Below, piece by piece: positions 8,524 through 17,537 of a stretch of 59,678 nt of DNA. The notes beneath the pieces were generated by a model. That model was given only the letters and a program-made list of their open reading frames with translations, did no database searches and was not told where the DNA came from. The stretch's first letter is position 1. Every line of letters starts with the position of its first letter. The DNA is taken from IMG/VR virus record IMGVR_UViG_3300037182_000030, positions 1 through 59,678 of that record; one strand, written 5' to 3'. The position numbers and the translations under genes were made by a program. Source of the stretch: a virus. Its lineage: Duplodnaviria > Caudoviricetes.

Positions 8524-9928
8524 AAAGAGCAAGCTCATGGCGGGGATTGAATACGAGTTGCGCGGCGGAAATGGAGAGCTTTTCAATTCGACAGAACAAG
8601 AAGTGATGCTGGCCGGCGGCGCGGAAACCGGGAAAACAGTGGCGGCAATTCTGAAGGCACACAAAAACTGCGGCAGCATTCCGGGCGTCCAAGGCGCGAT
8701 TGTCAGAAAGACGCAAAGCTCATTGGTTGGTTCGGTCGTAAAAAGCTATCTGCGAATAATCGAGCCAAACAAACGCGGAATAAAAATCTACGGCGGCGCA
8801 AAACCAGAACGATTCATTTACCCAAACGGTTCGGTGATTTGGATGGGTGGAATGGACAACCCAAACAAAGTGCTTTCGAGTGAGCGCGATTTCATATATT
8901 GCAACCAGGCAGAGGAGTTGACGCTGGATGATTGGGAAACACTTTTAACCCGCGCGACTGGACGAGGGGCGGTTGTGGAGCACGCGCAGATTTTCGGGGA
9001 CTGCAATCCGGGCGGTTCAATGCACTGGATTCGGAAAAGGGCTTCACTGCGTCTATTGAAGGCGATTCACAAAGACAATCCGAGCCTGTTCACAATCAAC
9101 GGCGAGATAACACCGCAAGGAAAACGCAGCCTTGCCGCTTTGAATAATCTGACTGGCATCCGGCGGAAAAGATTGCTTGAAGGAATTTGGGCAACGGCGG
9201 AAGGCGCGGTCTATGACATGTTTGATTCTTCAATTCATGTTTGCGTTCGTGACTGGCGCGAAATGAAGCGATGGTTTCTGGCGATGGATGAAGGCTACAC
9301 AAATCCTGCTGCGATTCTGTTAATCGGAGAGGACGGCGACGGAAGGCATCACGCATTCAGGGAATTTTACAAACGCGGAGTTTTGCAAGCCGATGTAGTG
9401 GCATTTGCAAAACGATGGTTCACGGACGTTATCGGAGCAGCGCTTGGAGAATACGAATTAAACGAAGGCAAAACGCGCGGCGAATGGATTCAAGGCGTGT
9501 CGCCAGTTGGAGCGAAAAGGGCGGACGCCGCCGCGTGCGATGAAGCCGCCGCCGGGCTGATAGCCGATTTGAATAACGCGGGGATCACAGCCTACCCAGC
9601 AAAGGGACGGGTGCTGGACGGAATAAATCGCGTTCAAAACCGACTCAAAAAAAGAGGCGACGGAAAGGCAAGGTTGACGATTGACCCGGCTTGCACAGAA
9701 TTCATAAACGAACTGGAATCATACGTCTGGAAACCGGAAAAGGATGTTCCCGAAAAGGAGAACGACCATTTGTGCGATGCCTACCGATATTTACTCGACT
9801 ACCTGAACGAGCCGACCGGCGCATTTGAATCAGCATCGGACATCCTCACCGGCAAAACAGGGGACATCGAAACCCCGGAGGCAATCCAGACGGATGAGGT
9901 TGAATTTGGTGACATGGAAATAAATTGA
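8504..9928 (+). CDS. terL: Terminase large subunit
   Basis: GGAETGKT Walker A, NQAEE Walker B, DCNPG, MDEGYTNP nuclease, NDHLCDAYRY. Confidence 0.93.
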   Translation: MKKAKPEKSKLMAGIEYELRGGNGELFNSTEQEVMLAGGAETGKTVAAILKAHKNCGSIPGVQGAIVRKTQSSLVGSVVKSYLRIIEPNKRGIKIYGGAKPERFIYPNGSVIWMGGMDNPNKVLSSERDFIYCNQAEELTLDDWETLLTRATGRGAVVEHAQIFGDCNPGGSMHWIRKRASLRLLKAIHKDNPSLFTINGEITPQGKRSLAALNNLTGIRRKRLLEGIWATAEGAVYDMFDSSIHVCVRDWREMKRWFLAMDEGYTNPAAILLIGEDGDGRHHAFREFYKRGVLQADVVAFAKRWFTDVIGAALGEYELNEGKTRGEWIQGVSPVGAKRADAAACDEAAAGLIADLNNAGITAYPAKGRVLDGINRVQNRLKKRGDGKARLTIDPACTEFINELESYVWKPEKDVPEKENDHLCDAYRYLLDYLNEPTGAFESASDILTGKTGDIETPEAIQTDEVEFGDMEIN

Positions 9929-9974
9929 AGATGGCTGTTGACAGTCTCACGCCATTCTGTGATATTCATAACGC

Positions 9975-10238
9975 ATGAGCGCAAAACCAATTCCAACGAT
10001 GACATGCCCGAAGTGTAACGGTCATGGCGTGCTGCCGCTGACGGTTGAACTTCACAACACTTTTCTGATTGTCGAAAAGTTGAAAGAGGCATCGGCGGCG
10101 CAGATTCAGGCCAAGCTCGACACCGCTGGAAACTTCCACGTCACGGCTTTCAACAATCGGCTGGAATTCCTTTACAAACTCGGACTTCTGAAACGCGAAA
10201 AGAAAAGCCGCCAATGGATTTACTCGCTCGCAAAATAA
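9975..10238 (+). CDS. Zn-ribbon plus winged-helix DNA-binding protein
   Basis: CPKCNGHG; NNRLEFL..LGLL.R...RQWIY; TTGACA at 9938. Confidence 0.55.
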   Translation: MSAKPIPTMTCPKCNGHGVLPLTVELHNTFLIVEKLKEASAAQIQAKLDTAGNFHVTAFNNRLEFLYKLGLLKREKKSRQWIYSLAK

Positions 10239-10268
10239 AAACCATCAAACCAAAACAAAGCAAAGAAC

Positions 10269-10739
10269 ATGAAGACAATGACATTCCAATTTCTGCCGTC
10301 AGGTGTTCACACCATTGACGTTGGATTCCAAAATAAAAAGTTAAACGTCACGGTGGAAATCACCAGCGACACGGCAATCATCCTGAATTGCGACCTTCAA
10401 AACAGCATTAAGGAATTCCCAAAACGTCCGCCGGTTATTTTCACGGACGGCAGCGAACGCAACGCGGCCTTGTGGCCGGAGAAACTATTCTGGAAGGACG
10501 GCGGCGTATTTTGCACGGCAAAGCTAGCATCTGGATTCAAGCCCACAAACAGAATGGCCATGTGCGCGGCATTCAAGACGGATGCTGAATACAAAACAGC
10601 AAGGCGAGGGAAAATTCCGAATCCGCGCCGGGGAAGTAAAAAGAACCCGGCCATCTTGACAGGGTTGCCGCCAAACCAAATCGGATGCATCGGCACACAC
10701 AAAATCACATCATTCAAATCAATCCAACCAATCGAATAA
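10269..10739 (+). CDS. Degenerate paralog of the prohead-protease domain
   Basis: Colinear similarity to the 16069-16582 region of 15163-17502. Confidence 0.6.
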   Translation: MKTMTFQFLPSGVHTIDVGFQNKKLNVTVEITSDTAIILNCDLQNSIKEFPKRPPVIFTDGSERNAALWPEKLFWKDGGVFCTAKLASGFKPTNRMAMCAAFKTDAEYKTARRGKIPNPRRGSKKNPAILTGLPPNQIGCIGTHKITSFKSIQPIE

Positions 10740-10741
10740 TT

Positions 10742-11500
10742 ATGAAGATTCACGCTCTTGCAAAACTGTTCCCTGAAATCACCGGCCAAGACTTCAAAGA
10801 CTTGGTTGCCAGCATCAAGGCCCACGGCCTGATGGAAGAAATCGTAACGCTCGACGGCCAGGTGCTCGACGGGCAAAACCGGCTCAAAGCCTGCAAAGCT
10901 GCCGGCGTTGAGCCAAAATTCAGAGAGTTCACCGGGAAAGACCCGCTCGCCTTTGTTGTCGCAGAAAACATCGCCCGTCGCCACCTGACAGCCGGCCAGC
11001 GGTCGTTGCTTGCGGTCAAGATTTCAGAATGTGGGAATTCCCACATGACCCAAGAGAAAGCCGCGCAAAAGCTACACGTTTCGCGGGAATCAGTTTCACT
11101 TGCCAAGCAAATCAAAGGCAAATCTCCGAAGCTTGCCAAGCGAATCGAAGCCGGAAAAATCAGCTTGAACGAAGCCCACCGGAAAATAAACCCGAAGCCG
11201 CTGCCACGCGGCGGACTGGCGGCGGAGGCAATCCGGGCGAAGCAGGCAGAGGCACAGAAGCCAGCGGCCTTGAAGGGAATTGACATGGGCAAAGTTGACC
11301 GCCTCAATTCACAGGAGCCGCCGGAAGGATTTGGTGCAGATGAAATTTCAAAGGCGTTAAATCCGAACTCGCCAATCACGCCAAAAGAATTCCAGTCGGC
11401 ACTCGACGCGCTTGAAGCTAAAATTCCAGCGGAAGCTGATCACAAGCCGTATTTCAACGCGGCGAGCAAACTGGCCGAACGCTTGGCGCAACACAAATAA
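10742..11500 (+). CDS. ParB N-terminal domain protein with HTH
   Basis: IH.LA.LFP...L..SIKAHGL..I.....LDG.NRL.AC...N.ARRHLT. Confidence 0.85.
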   Translation: MKIHALAKLFPEITGQDFKDLVASIKAHGLMEEIVTLDGQVLDGQNRLKACKAAGVEPKFREFTGKDPLAFVVAENIARRHLTAGQRSLLAVKISECGNSHMTQEKAAQKLHVSRESVSLAKQIKGKSPKLAKRIEAGKISLNEAHRKINPKPLPRGGLAAEAIRAKQAEAQKPAALKGIDMGKVDRLNSQEPPEGFGADEISKALNPNSPITPKEFQSALDALEAKIPAEADHKPYFNAASKLAERLAQHK

Positions 11501-11766
11501 TGAAAACCCTGTTATTCAAAACGGAAGTGCCAGTCAGAAACACCGACACGATCCCTGACGAAATGCCAGCATCGGTGTCAATTGATTTCTGCATGATAAA
11601 TCCAAAAACGGCGGAAATGGAAAAATGCGAGCCGACAGAAGCACTGTTCAATGCCGGCAGACTTTGGACTCGCACAATTCGGAAAAGCGCCGACGGCAAA
11701 GAGGAAACAAATTTTAGTCTGGTTACGGCTTGTTGTTTCGGTGACAATCCATTGGTAATCCAATGA
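11500..11766 (+). CDS. Hypothetical protein
   Basis: Coupled ORF. Confidence 0.5.
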   Translation: MKTLLFKTEVPVRNTDTIPDEMPASVSIDFCMINPKTAEMEKCEPTEALFNAGRLWTRTIRKSADGKEETNFSLVTACCFGDNPLVIQ

Positions 11767-11767
11767 C

Positions 11768-12130
11768 ATGAAAACACTCACACAAAAAATGCGGGAGGCG
11801 GACGAAAAACATCCGCCGATTCCGATGCGCGAATACAAAGGCGTCCCGATTAAATTCGATATTCGCATGACGCGGAAAGGTCGGGCACTGCTTGCGAAAC
11901 AGGAAAAGAGAGAACAAACGCTGTTTTTTTCGCTGGCAAAAGAATTGGAAAAGATTCGCGCCAAGATAAAGCGCAACCCAGTTGTCAGTGTGAAGCGCGG
12001 AATCAAAAAACGCGGAAAACAATTTGACCGATGGAAATTCAAAAACGGCACGACGATGGACACGCCATCTGGCGATACTTTTATGATTGCCTGCGACCCG
12101 CGAAATCCAATTAAAATATCATGCGACTGA
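11768..12130 (+). CDS. Hypothetical basic protein
   Basis: Contiguous ORF. Confidence 0.5.
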   Translation: MKTLTQKMREADEKHPPIPMREYKGVPIKFDIRMTRKGRALLAKQEKREQTLFFSLAKELEKIRAKIKRNPVVSVKRGIKKRGKQFDRWKFKNGTTMDTPSGDTFMIACDPRNPIKISCD

Positions 12131-12510
12131 AATCACTTTTCAAACCGTTCACCTGGGCACTCGACAAGCTGCACGTCTTTCGAGTGAACCATCTTTTCAT
12201 CACGCCAAAGGAAGGCCGTAGGCTGATGCAGGCTTACGCCAATAAATGCGAAGCCGACTTTGGCCAGCATCGTGAAGCGTTCAAGGCGGCACTTTTCGAC
12301 CTGCAAGAAATCAGAACCAAGCCGCACCGGAACCTTTACGAAATCAAAATCTTCGTGAACCGGGATTCGCTGGAAACTGGCATCGGCGAGAAAGTGGCCA
12401 TCGCAGACATTTCAATGCAGGTCGCAAAACTGATTGTCGAACGCCATCAAAATCACAAAAACAAAAACAACCATGAGCCAAAACCTGAAATTCAAACCGC
12501 TCGGCAATAA
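12121..12510 (+). CDS. Hypothetical protein
   Basis: Contiguous ORF. Confidence 0.45.
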   Translation: MRLKSLFKPFTWALDKLHVFRVNHLFITPKEGRRLMQAYANKCEADFGQHREAFKAALFDLQEIRTKPHRNLYEIKIFVNRDSLETGIGEKVAIADISMQVAKLIVERHQNHKNKNNHEPKPEIQTARQ

Positions 12511-12817
12511 AATCCTTGTCGAGCCAAACCCGGTAGCGGACAAAATAGGCAGAATCTTCCTGCCGGAAAACGCAAAGGAGAAATCCTTGGAAGGAACGGT
12601 CATCACGCTCGGCACCGGCAAGCGGAACAAGAGCGGACAGCGCATCACATTCTGGAATGACGTGGGAGAAAACAAACCCGCCAGAGTTTCTTTCTTCGAG
12701 GTCAAGCCGGGCGACAAAATCATTTACGGAAAATTTGCAGGAACGGAACTTGCAATCGGCGGCAGAAAGTTCAACCTGATTCATGCGGATGATGTGCTGG
12801 CAATTTTGGACACCTAA
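12473..12817 (+). CDS. groES: Co-chaperonin GroES (Cpn10)
   Basis: KPLGNKILVE...GRIFLPENAKEK...G.V..G.G...VKPGDKIIYGKFAGTE...DVLAI. Confidence 0.92.
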   Translation: MSQNLKFKPLGNKILVEPNPVADKIGRIFLPENAKEKSLEGTVITLGTGKRNKSGQRITFWNDVGENKPARVSFFEVKPGDKIIYGKFAGTELAIGGRKFNLIHADDVLAILDT

Positions 12818-12924
12818 CCCATGCGAGGCATGAGCGTGAAAGCCGATGCGAAATGTATGCGAGGGACATCTGACAGAAACATTCAGTGTGGCTTGACTGA
12901 TGGAGAGACATCACCACAAATCCT

Positions 12925-13182
12925 ATGAGCGAAGAATCCTGCGGACGCTGCAAACACTTCCGACTATTCCACGGCGAGCAAAAGGGATTGTGCTACGGTC
13001 AGCCGCCCGTTTGTTTTCCATCAGGCGACGAAAGCCGCGCGCCGAAAGTTCCTTTCCATCGGCCAGCCTGTCATTTCTTCTCGCCATTGCCGGAAGGCGA
13101 AAAGCCGGCGGTCAAAGGCAAGGGCAGCTACGAGACGCCGGGGGATGCTTTGAAGCAAAGGCGTGAAACGAAGCGTCAATGA
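12925..13182 (+). CDS. Cys-rich hypothetical protein
   Basis: CGRCKHF...GLC...PP...P.V....C..F. Confidence 0.6.
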   Translation: MSEESCGRCKHFRLFHGEQKGLCYGQPPVCFPSGDESRAPKVPFHRPACHFFSPLPEGEKPAVKGKGSYETPGDALKQRRETKRQ

Positions 13183-13355
13183 AAATAATTTCCCAACACA
13201 CCAGAACCGGCAGGGAGCGCCGGGGTTGTCAATCGTTGGGAGGGGTCCCCACCTCAAGCCCGTTGGCAGCCAAACTTCAAACCGCAGCCGGAGCGGGTGA
13301 CTCTCATCCGGCATTTCAATTTCGGTAAATAAATGTTGCGCCCGCCGCGCCCGCT

Positions 13356-15158
13356 GTGAAATGTTCAGGCGTGGCCAAGATTTTCGGCTGGAACATAACG
13401 CGCTCGGCACCAAAGATTCGAGCAGTCGGAACCGAGTTTGAAACTCGCTCACTACAAAACATCGTCAAGGCTGGAGCAGGCCGGACCATCGCAGACGGTG
13501 AACGATTCGCAAACCTTCCAGCAGTCCGCCACACATCGGAAGTCATCACCGGAAACGATTCAGACATTTCAGGCCGGGCAGTCTTGAACGATCCCCGCGA
13601 AGCCTACTGGTCAATCCTTCCAAACAAAATCCAACCAAAGCAGGCGCAATGGATGTTGCGTGCGGCGGCTGGCGGCGACCTTTGGCAGCAATGGCGGTTG
13701 CTCGCGGCGATGACGGACACCTGGCCGAAGTATGCGATGGCCATGCACCAACTCCGCGAAGCCGTCAGCTACGTCAAATACGGCGTCCATGCTTTCACCG
13801 AAGAAGGCCAAGACCCGACGCCATCAGCGGTGGACCGGCGCAATCTGGTTTCGCGTGCGCTCGCAACCATGTCCCCAAATCCGTTCAACGATGAAAAGCG
13901 GCAGGCGGGAATGATTTACAATTTCACCGATGCGGTCGGAATGGGGATTGCGATGGAGGAAATCATCTGGCGCGATCCGGCAAGAGCACCGGGCGGCAAA
14001 TGGGAACGCCTGCCGAAAGCAACGGCCTGGACTCACCCGCGCCATTTCTCATTCAACCAAAACGGCGAGGCGATTATTTTTGCGAACGCAATGAGTTTGG
14101 AAGTCGGCGACTACCGGCGTTACGGAAAAGGCATCGGCGAAATCCCGAATCCGAACAAAATGATTTGCTCGCAATTCATGTCACTGTCAGGGACTTCATT
14201 GACAAGCGGACTTGGACGGCGTTTGGTTTGGTGGTGGTGCGCTCGTCAATTCGGATTGGATTTTGTTTTACGTAATGCAAGTGTGTTCGGTGCAACTTAC
14301 GTTGATTTCACATTCTCGCCGGGCTGTCTTGTAACCGAAAGGGAGGCATTGCTGTCAGCGGTGCAAAAAGGAATGGCAAACCGAGTCATTGGACATCCGC
14401 ACGGAACGGAACTTAAATTGGTGAACCCCGCAAATTTAAGCCCTGAAAATCCTCAACGCTGGCTCATCGAAGAATCAGACCGAGAAGTGCTTTACCTTTT
14501 GCTCGGTCAAACCGGCTCGACAATTTCAGCGCCTGGAAAACTAGGAGGCGAGGACACGCACAACGACGTGAAGCAAGAGCGGGTTTCAGGCGTGGCGGAA
14601 TGGGTTTCACAAAATCCTTTGGACCAGTTTGCCCGCGCAGTTCTCCGCGTGAACTACGGAGACGAGGAAGAATGCCCGTCATTCAAGCCGGACTTCACCA
14701 AGCCTTTGAACGCGGCGGAAGTCGGCACACTTTGCACGGCCATCAGTTCGAGCAAAGTCCCGGTCAAGACAACCGAGTTTTATCAAAAGACCGGATTCAC
14801 AACTCCGCAGGAAGGCGAGCCGGTCATTCAAGCTGGCGAAATCAAAATCATGGGCAAGCCTTTGACCGACGATGAAAAGCACGAACAGGATTTGCAACGG
14901 CAAATGGAAATTGCCGAAGCGCAACAGGAATTGGCCGGAGGCGGAGGCGGTGGAGACGACCAAAGACCGGGGCAGCCGGCCAAAGCCAGACAACCAATGA
15001 GCGGCCTAAATTACCGACGATTGCTGGTCACTGCATCGGACGCGGACTTGATCGAGCTTGAAACCCTCGTCACCGCCGTCGAAACCGCTCCGCACAAAAA
15101 CGGGGAATATCTCTTGCTTCAAAACAAGCTGAAAAGCATAAATTCAAATCGAAGGTAA
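13356..15158 (+). CDS. Portal protein (Mu gp29/DUF935-like)
   Basis: Position after the terminase; DAVGMGIAMEEIIW, GLGR.L.W, LLGQT.S...G..G...H..V...R, LRVNYG. Confidence 0.8.
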   Translation: MKCSGVAKIFGWNITRSAPKIRAVGTEFETRSLQNIVKAGAGRTIADGERFANLPAVRHTSEVITGNDSDISGRAVLNDPREAYWSILPNKIQPKQAQWMLRAAAGGDLWQQWRLLAAMTDTWPKYAMAMHQLREAVSYVKYGVHAFTEEGQDPTPSAVDRRNLVSRALATMSPNPFNDEKRQAGMIYNFTDAVGMGIAMEEIIWRDPARAPGGKWERLPKATAWTHPRHFSFNQNGEAIIFANAMSLEVGDYRRYGKGIGEIPNPNKMICSQFMSLSGTSLTSGLGRRLVWWWCARQFGLDFVLRNASVFGATYVDFTFSPGCLVTEREALLSAVQKGMANRVIGHPHGTELKLVNPANLSPENPQRWLIEESDREVLYLLLGQTGSTISAPGKLGGEDTHNDVKQERVSGVAEWVSQNPLDQFARAVLRVNYGDEEECPSFKPDFTKPLNAAEVGTLCTAISSSKVPVKTTEFYQKTGFTTPQEGEPVIQAGEIKIMGKPLTDDEKHEQDLQRQMEIAEAQQELAGGGGGGDDQRPGQPAKARQPMSGLNYRRLLVTASDADLIELETLVTAVETAPHKNGEYLLLQNKLKSINSNRR

Positions 15159-15162
15159 TTTT

Positions 15163-17502
15163 ATGGCTTGGAAACTGAAAAAAATCGGCGGCAAATGGAA
15201 TTGCGTGAACACGGAAACGCGGCAGAGCGCCGGGCCGTCTGACTCTCTGGCGATGGCCAAAGAACATCTCCGCACGTTGAATTCTGACAGCCCGACAGCG
15301 GCGAGCGAACCCGCCGGAAGTGATGTTGTTTATTGTGGCGCTCCGGTAAAAGCTAAAGGCACAAGCGAAGGCGTTTCAAAATCTTGGGAAGCAAGGCGGA
15401 AAAATTCATTCCCGTCGCGCGAGTTGAAAGTTGGAGACAAAATTAAATTGTATTCCAAGCAATACGAAACCCACTCCGGCGATCAAAAGGTCAAGGGCGT
15501 AAGCGAGCATGGATTCAAAGCTGGCGAAAGCTCCATTCTCCATTCCGACGTTGACGAAGGACATTTTGCAGTTGAAAAAACCGTTGAAGGATTGAAAGCG
15601 AGCGACCCAATGACACCCAAACTGACAGACATTGTGAAAGCGAGTGACGAAAGCCAAATCTCTTTGGACGATTTACGCCAGCAAGTCCGCGCGCTCGCCG
15701 CCGAAGACTCACGCTTTGTCACCGCCTCTGGTGAAATGGCTCTGCCCAGCGGCCAGCCCTACTGCGACAACATCCTTTTGAAAGACGGCGCGTTCTCGGC
15801 AATCCTTTGTTGCGGCGATTCAAAAATGTGGGAAGTCGGCTTTGAAGTCAGCGCCGGTGAAGTCACCGAATTGCTGGACGATGCAAAGCCGGTCAAGGTC
15901 CAGCGCCACTACGTCGCGGCAAGCGAGCCGTTCAAGTTTAACGGCAAGAATGTTATTTCAGCGACCGGCGCAATAGTCCCCGTTGAAGTCGAAGAATTTG
16001 AACTGGTTTATTGCAAGGACGCCGGCAACCAGCTTCCCGCCGAAAAAAAATGGGAATTCGGAAAGCCCGTCGAATTCATGTGGGCGCCGGGCGGCAAAAC
16101 ACAAATCACCGCTGGCTGCGCGGGCCGGAGCCTTCGCCTTTGGGTTATTGGTGACGCAAAAGGCGCGAGCGATGTTCAAAACTCTTTTGCAACCGCCGTT
16201 GCCGCCTCACCTCGTCGCTTGCCTTACGGCTGCATCGAGCATCAGGAAAAGGAACGGGCTTTCGAGCCGAAACAATTCGCGTGGAAAGAATCACCGGAGC
16301 CTGGAATTTACTGCTCGGCCATCCCGACAAAGCTCGGCGAGTCAAACGTGAACGGCAGAATGCAGACCAGCTTCTCGCCTTGCTTCCGCCACGACGCGCG
16401 ATTCAGCACGGCCAAATGCACAGACTGTGACAAGGGCGCAACGGAATGCGAATGCGACGGCACGCTTGAATTTCCAAACGGCGTGCGCGGCAGCGAATCA
16501 AACCCGGCGCACATCGTCGGCGTGTTTGAAAAATCAGTCGGCAGTCTGACCAACTGGCCGGCGTTCAAAGATATATTGCCGGTGACGGCCAAAGAGCCGG
16601 ACACGACCACGCGGGCAACGGGCACGAGCGAAGGCGTTTCAAAATCATGGGAGACGCGGAAAAAAGAAAATCCAAACTTCGGTTTGGCGAAGGGTTCAAT
16701 TTTCGGCTTGTCAGAACGCGCCTACACAATGTCAACACAGGCGGCGATAACGAACAAACACGAAGACCACATTGAAGCTGGCAAGGCTCATTTTGAAATG
16801 AAGAAAGCGCACGACGCCGAAGCGTTAGAAAAACGCAAGGCTGGAAACGAAAGCGCAGCCAAAGAGCACGACCGGATTGCTCACGCTCACAACACCGAAC
16901 TTGACCGGCACATCAAGCTCGCCAAAAAATCACCCGATGCGCCTGACTGGGCAAAGGCGACTGACGCAGTTTTGATTCAGGGCATGACATCGGAGCCAGT
17001 GAAGCCCACCTTGGAAACCATTTACGCAAAGCACGCAGGGGAAGTGGTGACAGCAGGCGCGCCAGCGGGGAATAAGAACGCGGCGGGGGCGCATGAAATG
17101 AGCAGGATGGCGGACATATCCAGCGCACGCGCAAACGAGTCTGGTTCTTTTTCAGACCATGTTGAAGCCACCGTCGCGCACCATGACGCTTTCCAAGCCC
17201 ACATGAACGCAGCCGAAAAAGACACCGGCGGCGGCGCGACTCATTACAAGAAGGCTGGCATCCACGCAGCGAAGAGCGACTTCCACGCGGGGAAAGCGGA
17301 GGAAGTGAGAAAGTTCGGAAGAAAGCTGACACCTGACCAAGCGGCTGCTTTGAAAGAACACTCGAAAGCATCCGAACCAACCGCCGGCACAGCGACCGGC
17401 AAAAAGCCGACACTGGAAACCATTTTTGCAAAGCGTCCAAAGTTGACGCTCGAAACAATTTACGCCCGTGGCGTGAACGGCCAACCCGCAGGCCGCAATT
17501 GA
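15163..17502 (+). CDS. Mu gpI-like prohead protease with long repeat-rich extensions
   Basis: P.G...I, IEH, F.W, FSP.F, SLTNWPAF motifs; repeated GTSEGVSKSWE.R and KPTLETI.A. Confidence 0.65.
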   Translation: MAWKLKKIGGKWNCVNTETRQSAGPSDSLAMAKEHLRTLNSDSPTAASEPAGSDVVYCGAPVKAKGTSEGVSKSWEARRKNSFPSRELKVGDKIKLYSKQYETHSGDQKVKGVSEHGFKAGESSILHSDVDEGHFAVEKTVEGLKASDPMTPKLTDIVKASDESQISLDDLRQQVRALAAEDSRFVTASGEMALPSGQPYCDNILLKDGAFSAILCCGDSKMWEVGFEVSAGEVTELLDDAKPVKVQRHYVAASEPFKFNGKNVISATGAIVPVEVEEFELVYCKDAGNQLPAEKKWEFGKPVEFMWAPGGKTQITAGCAGRSLRLWVIGDAKGASDVQNSFATAVAASPRRLPYGCIEHQEKERAFEPKQFAWKESPEPGIYCSAIPTKLGESNVNGRMQTSFSPCFRHDARFSTAKCTDCDKGATECECDGTLEFPNGVRGSESNPAHIVGVFEKSVGSLTNWPAFKDILPVTAKEPDTTTRATGTSEGVSKSWETRKKENPNFGLAKGSIFGLSERAYTMSTQAAITNKHEDHIEAGKAHFEMKKAHDAEALEKRKAGNESAAKEHDRIAHAHNTELDRHIKLAKKSPDAPDWAKATDAVLIQGMTSEPVKPTLETIYAKHAGEVVTAGAPAGNKNAAGAHEMSRMADISSARANESGSFSDHVEATVAHHDAFQAHMNAAEKDTGGGATHYKKAGIHAAKSDFHAGKAEEVRKFGRKLTPDQAAALKEHSKASEPTAGTATGKKPTLETIFAKRPKLTLETIYARGVNGQPAGRN

Positions 17503-17537
17503 ACCAGCGGAAAACAAAAAACCAACACAGCACCAAA

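Noticed and set aside
12818-12924. Possible structured RNA after groES (and at 13183-13355)
   Set aside because: Only short hairpins; no tRNA or intron consensus could be supported.
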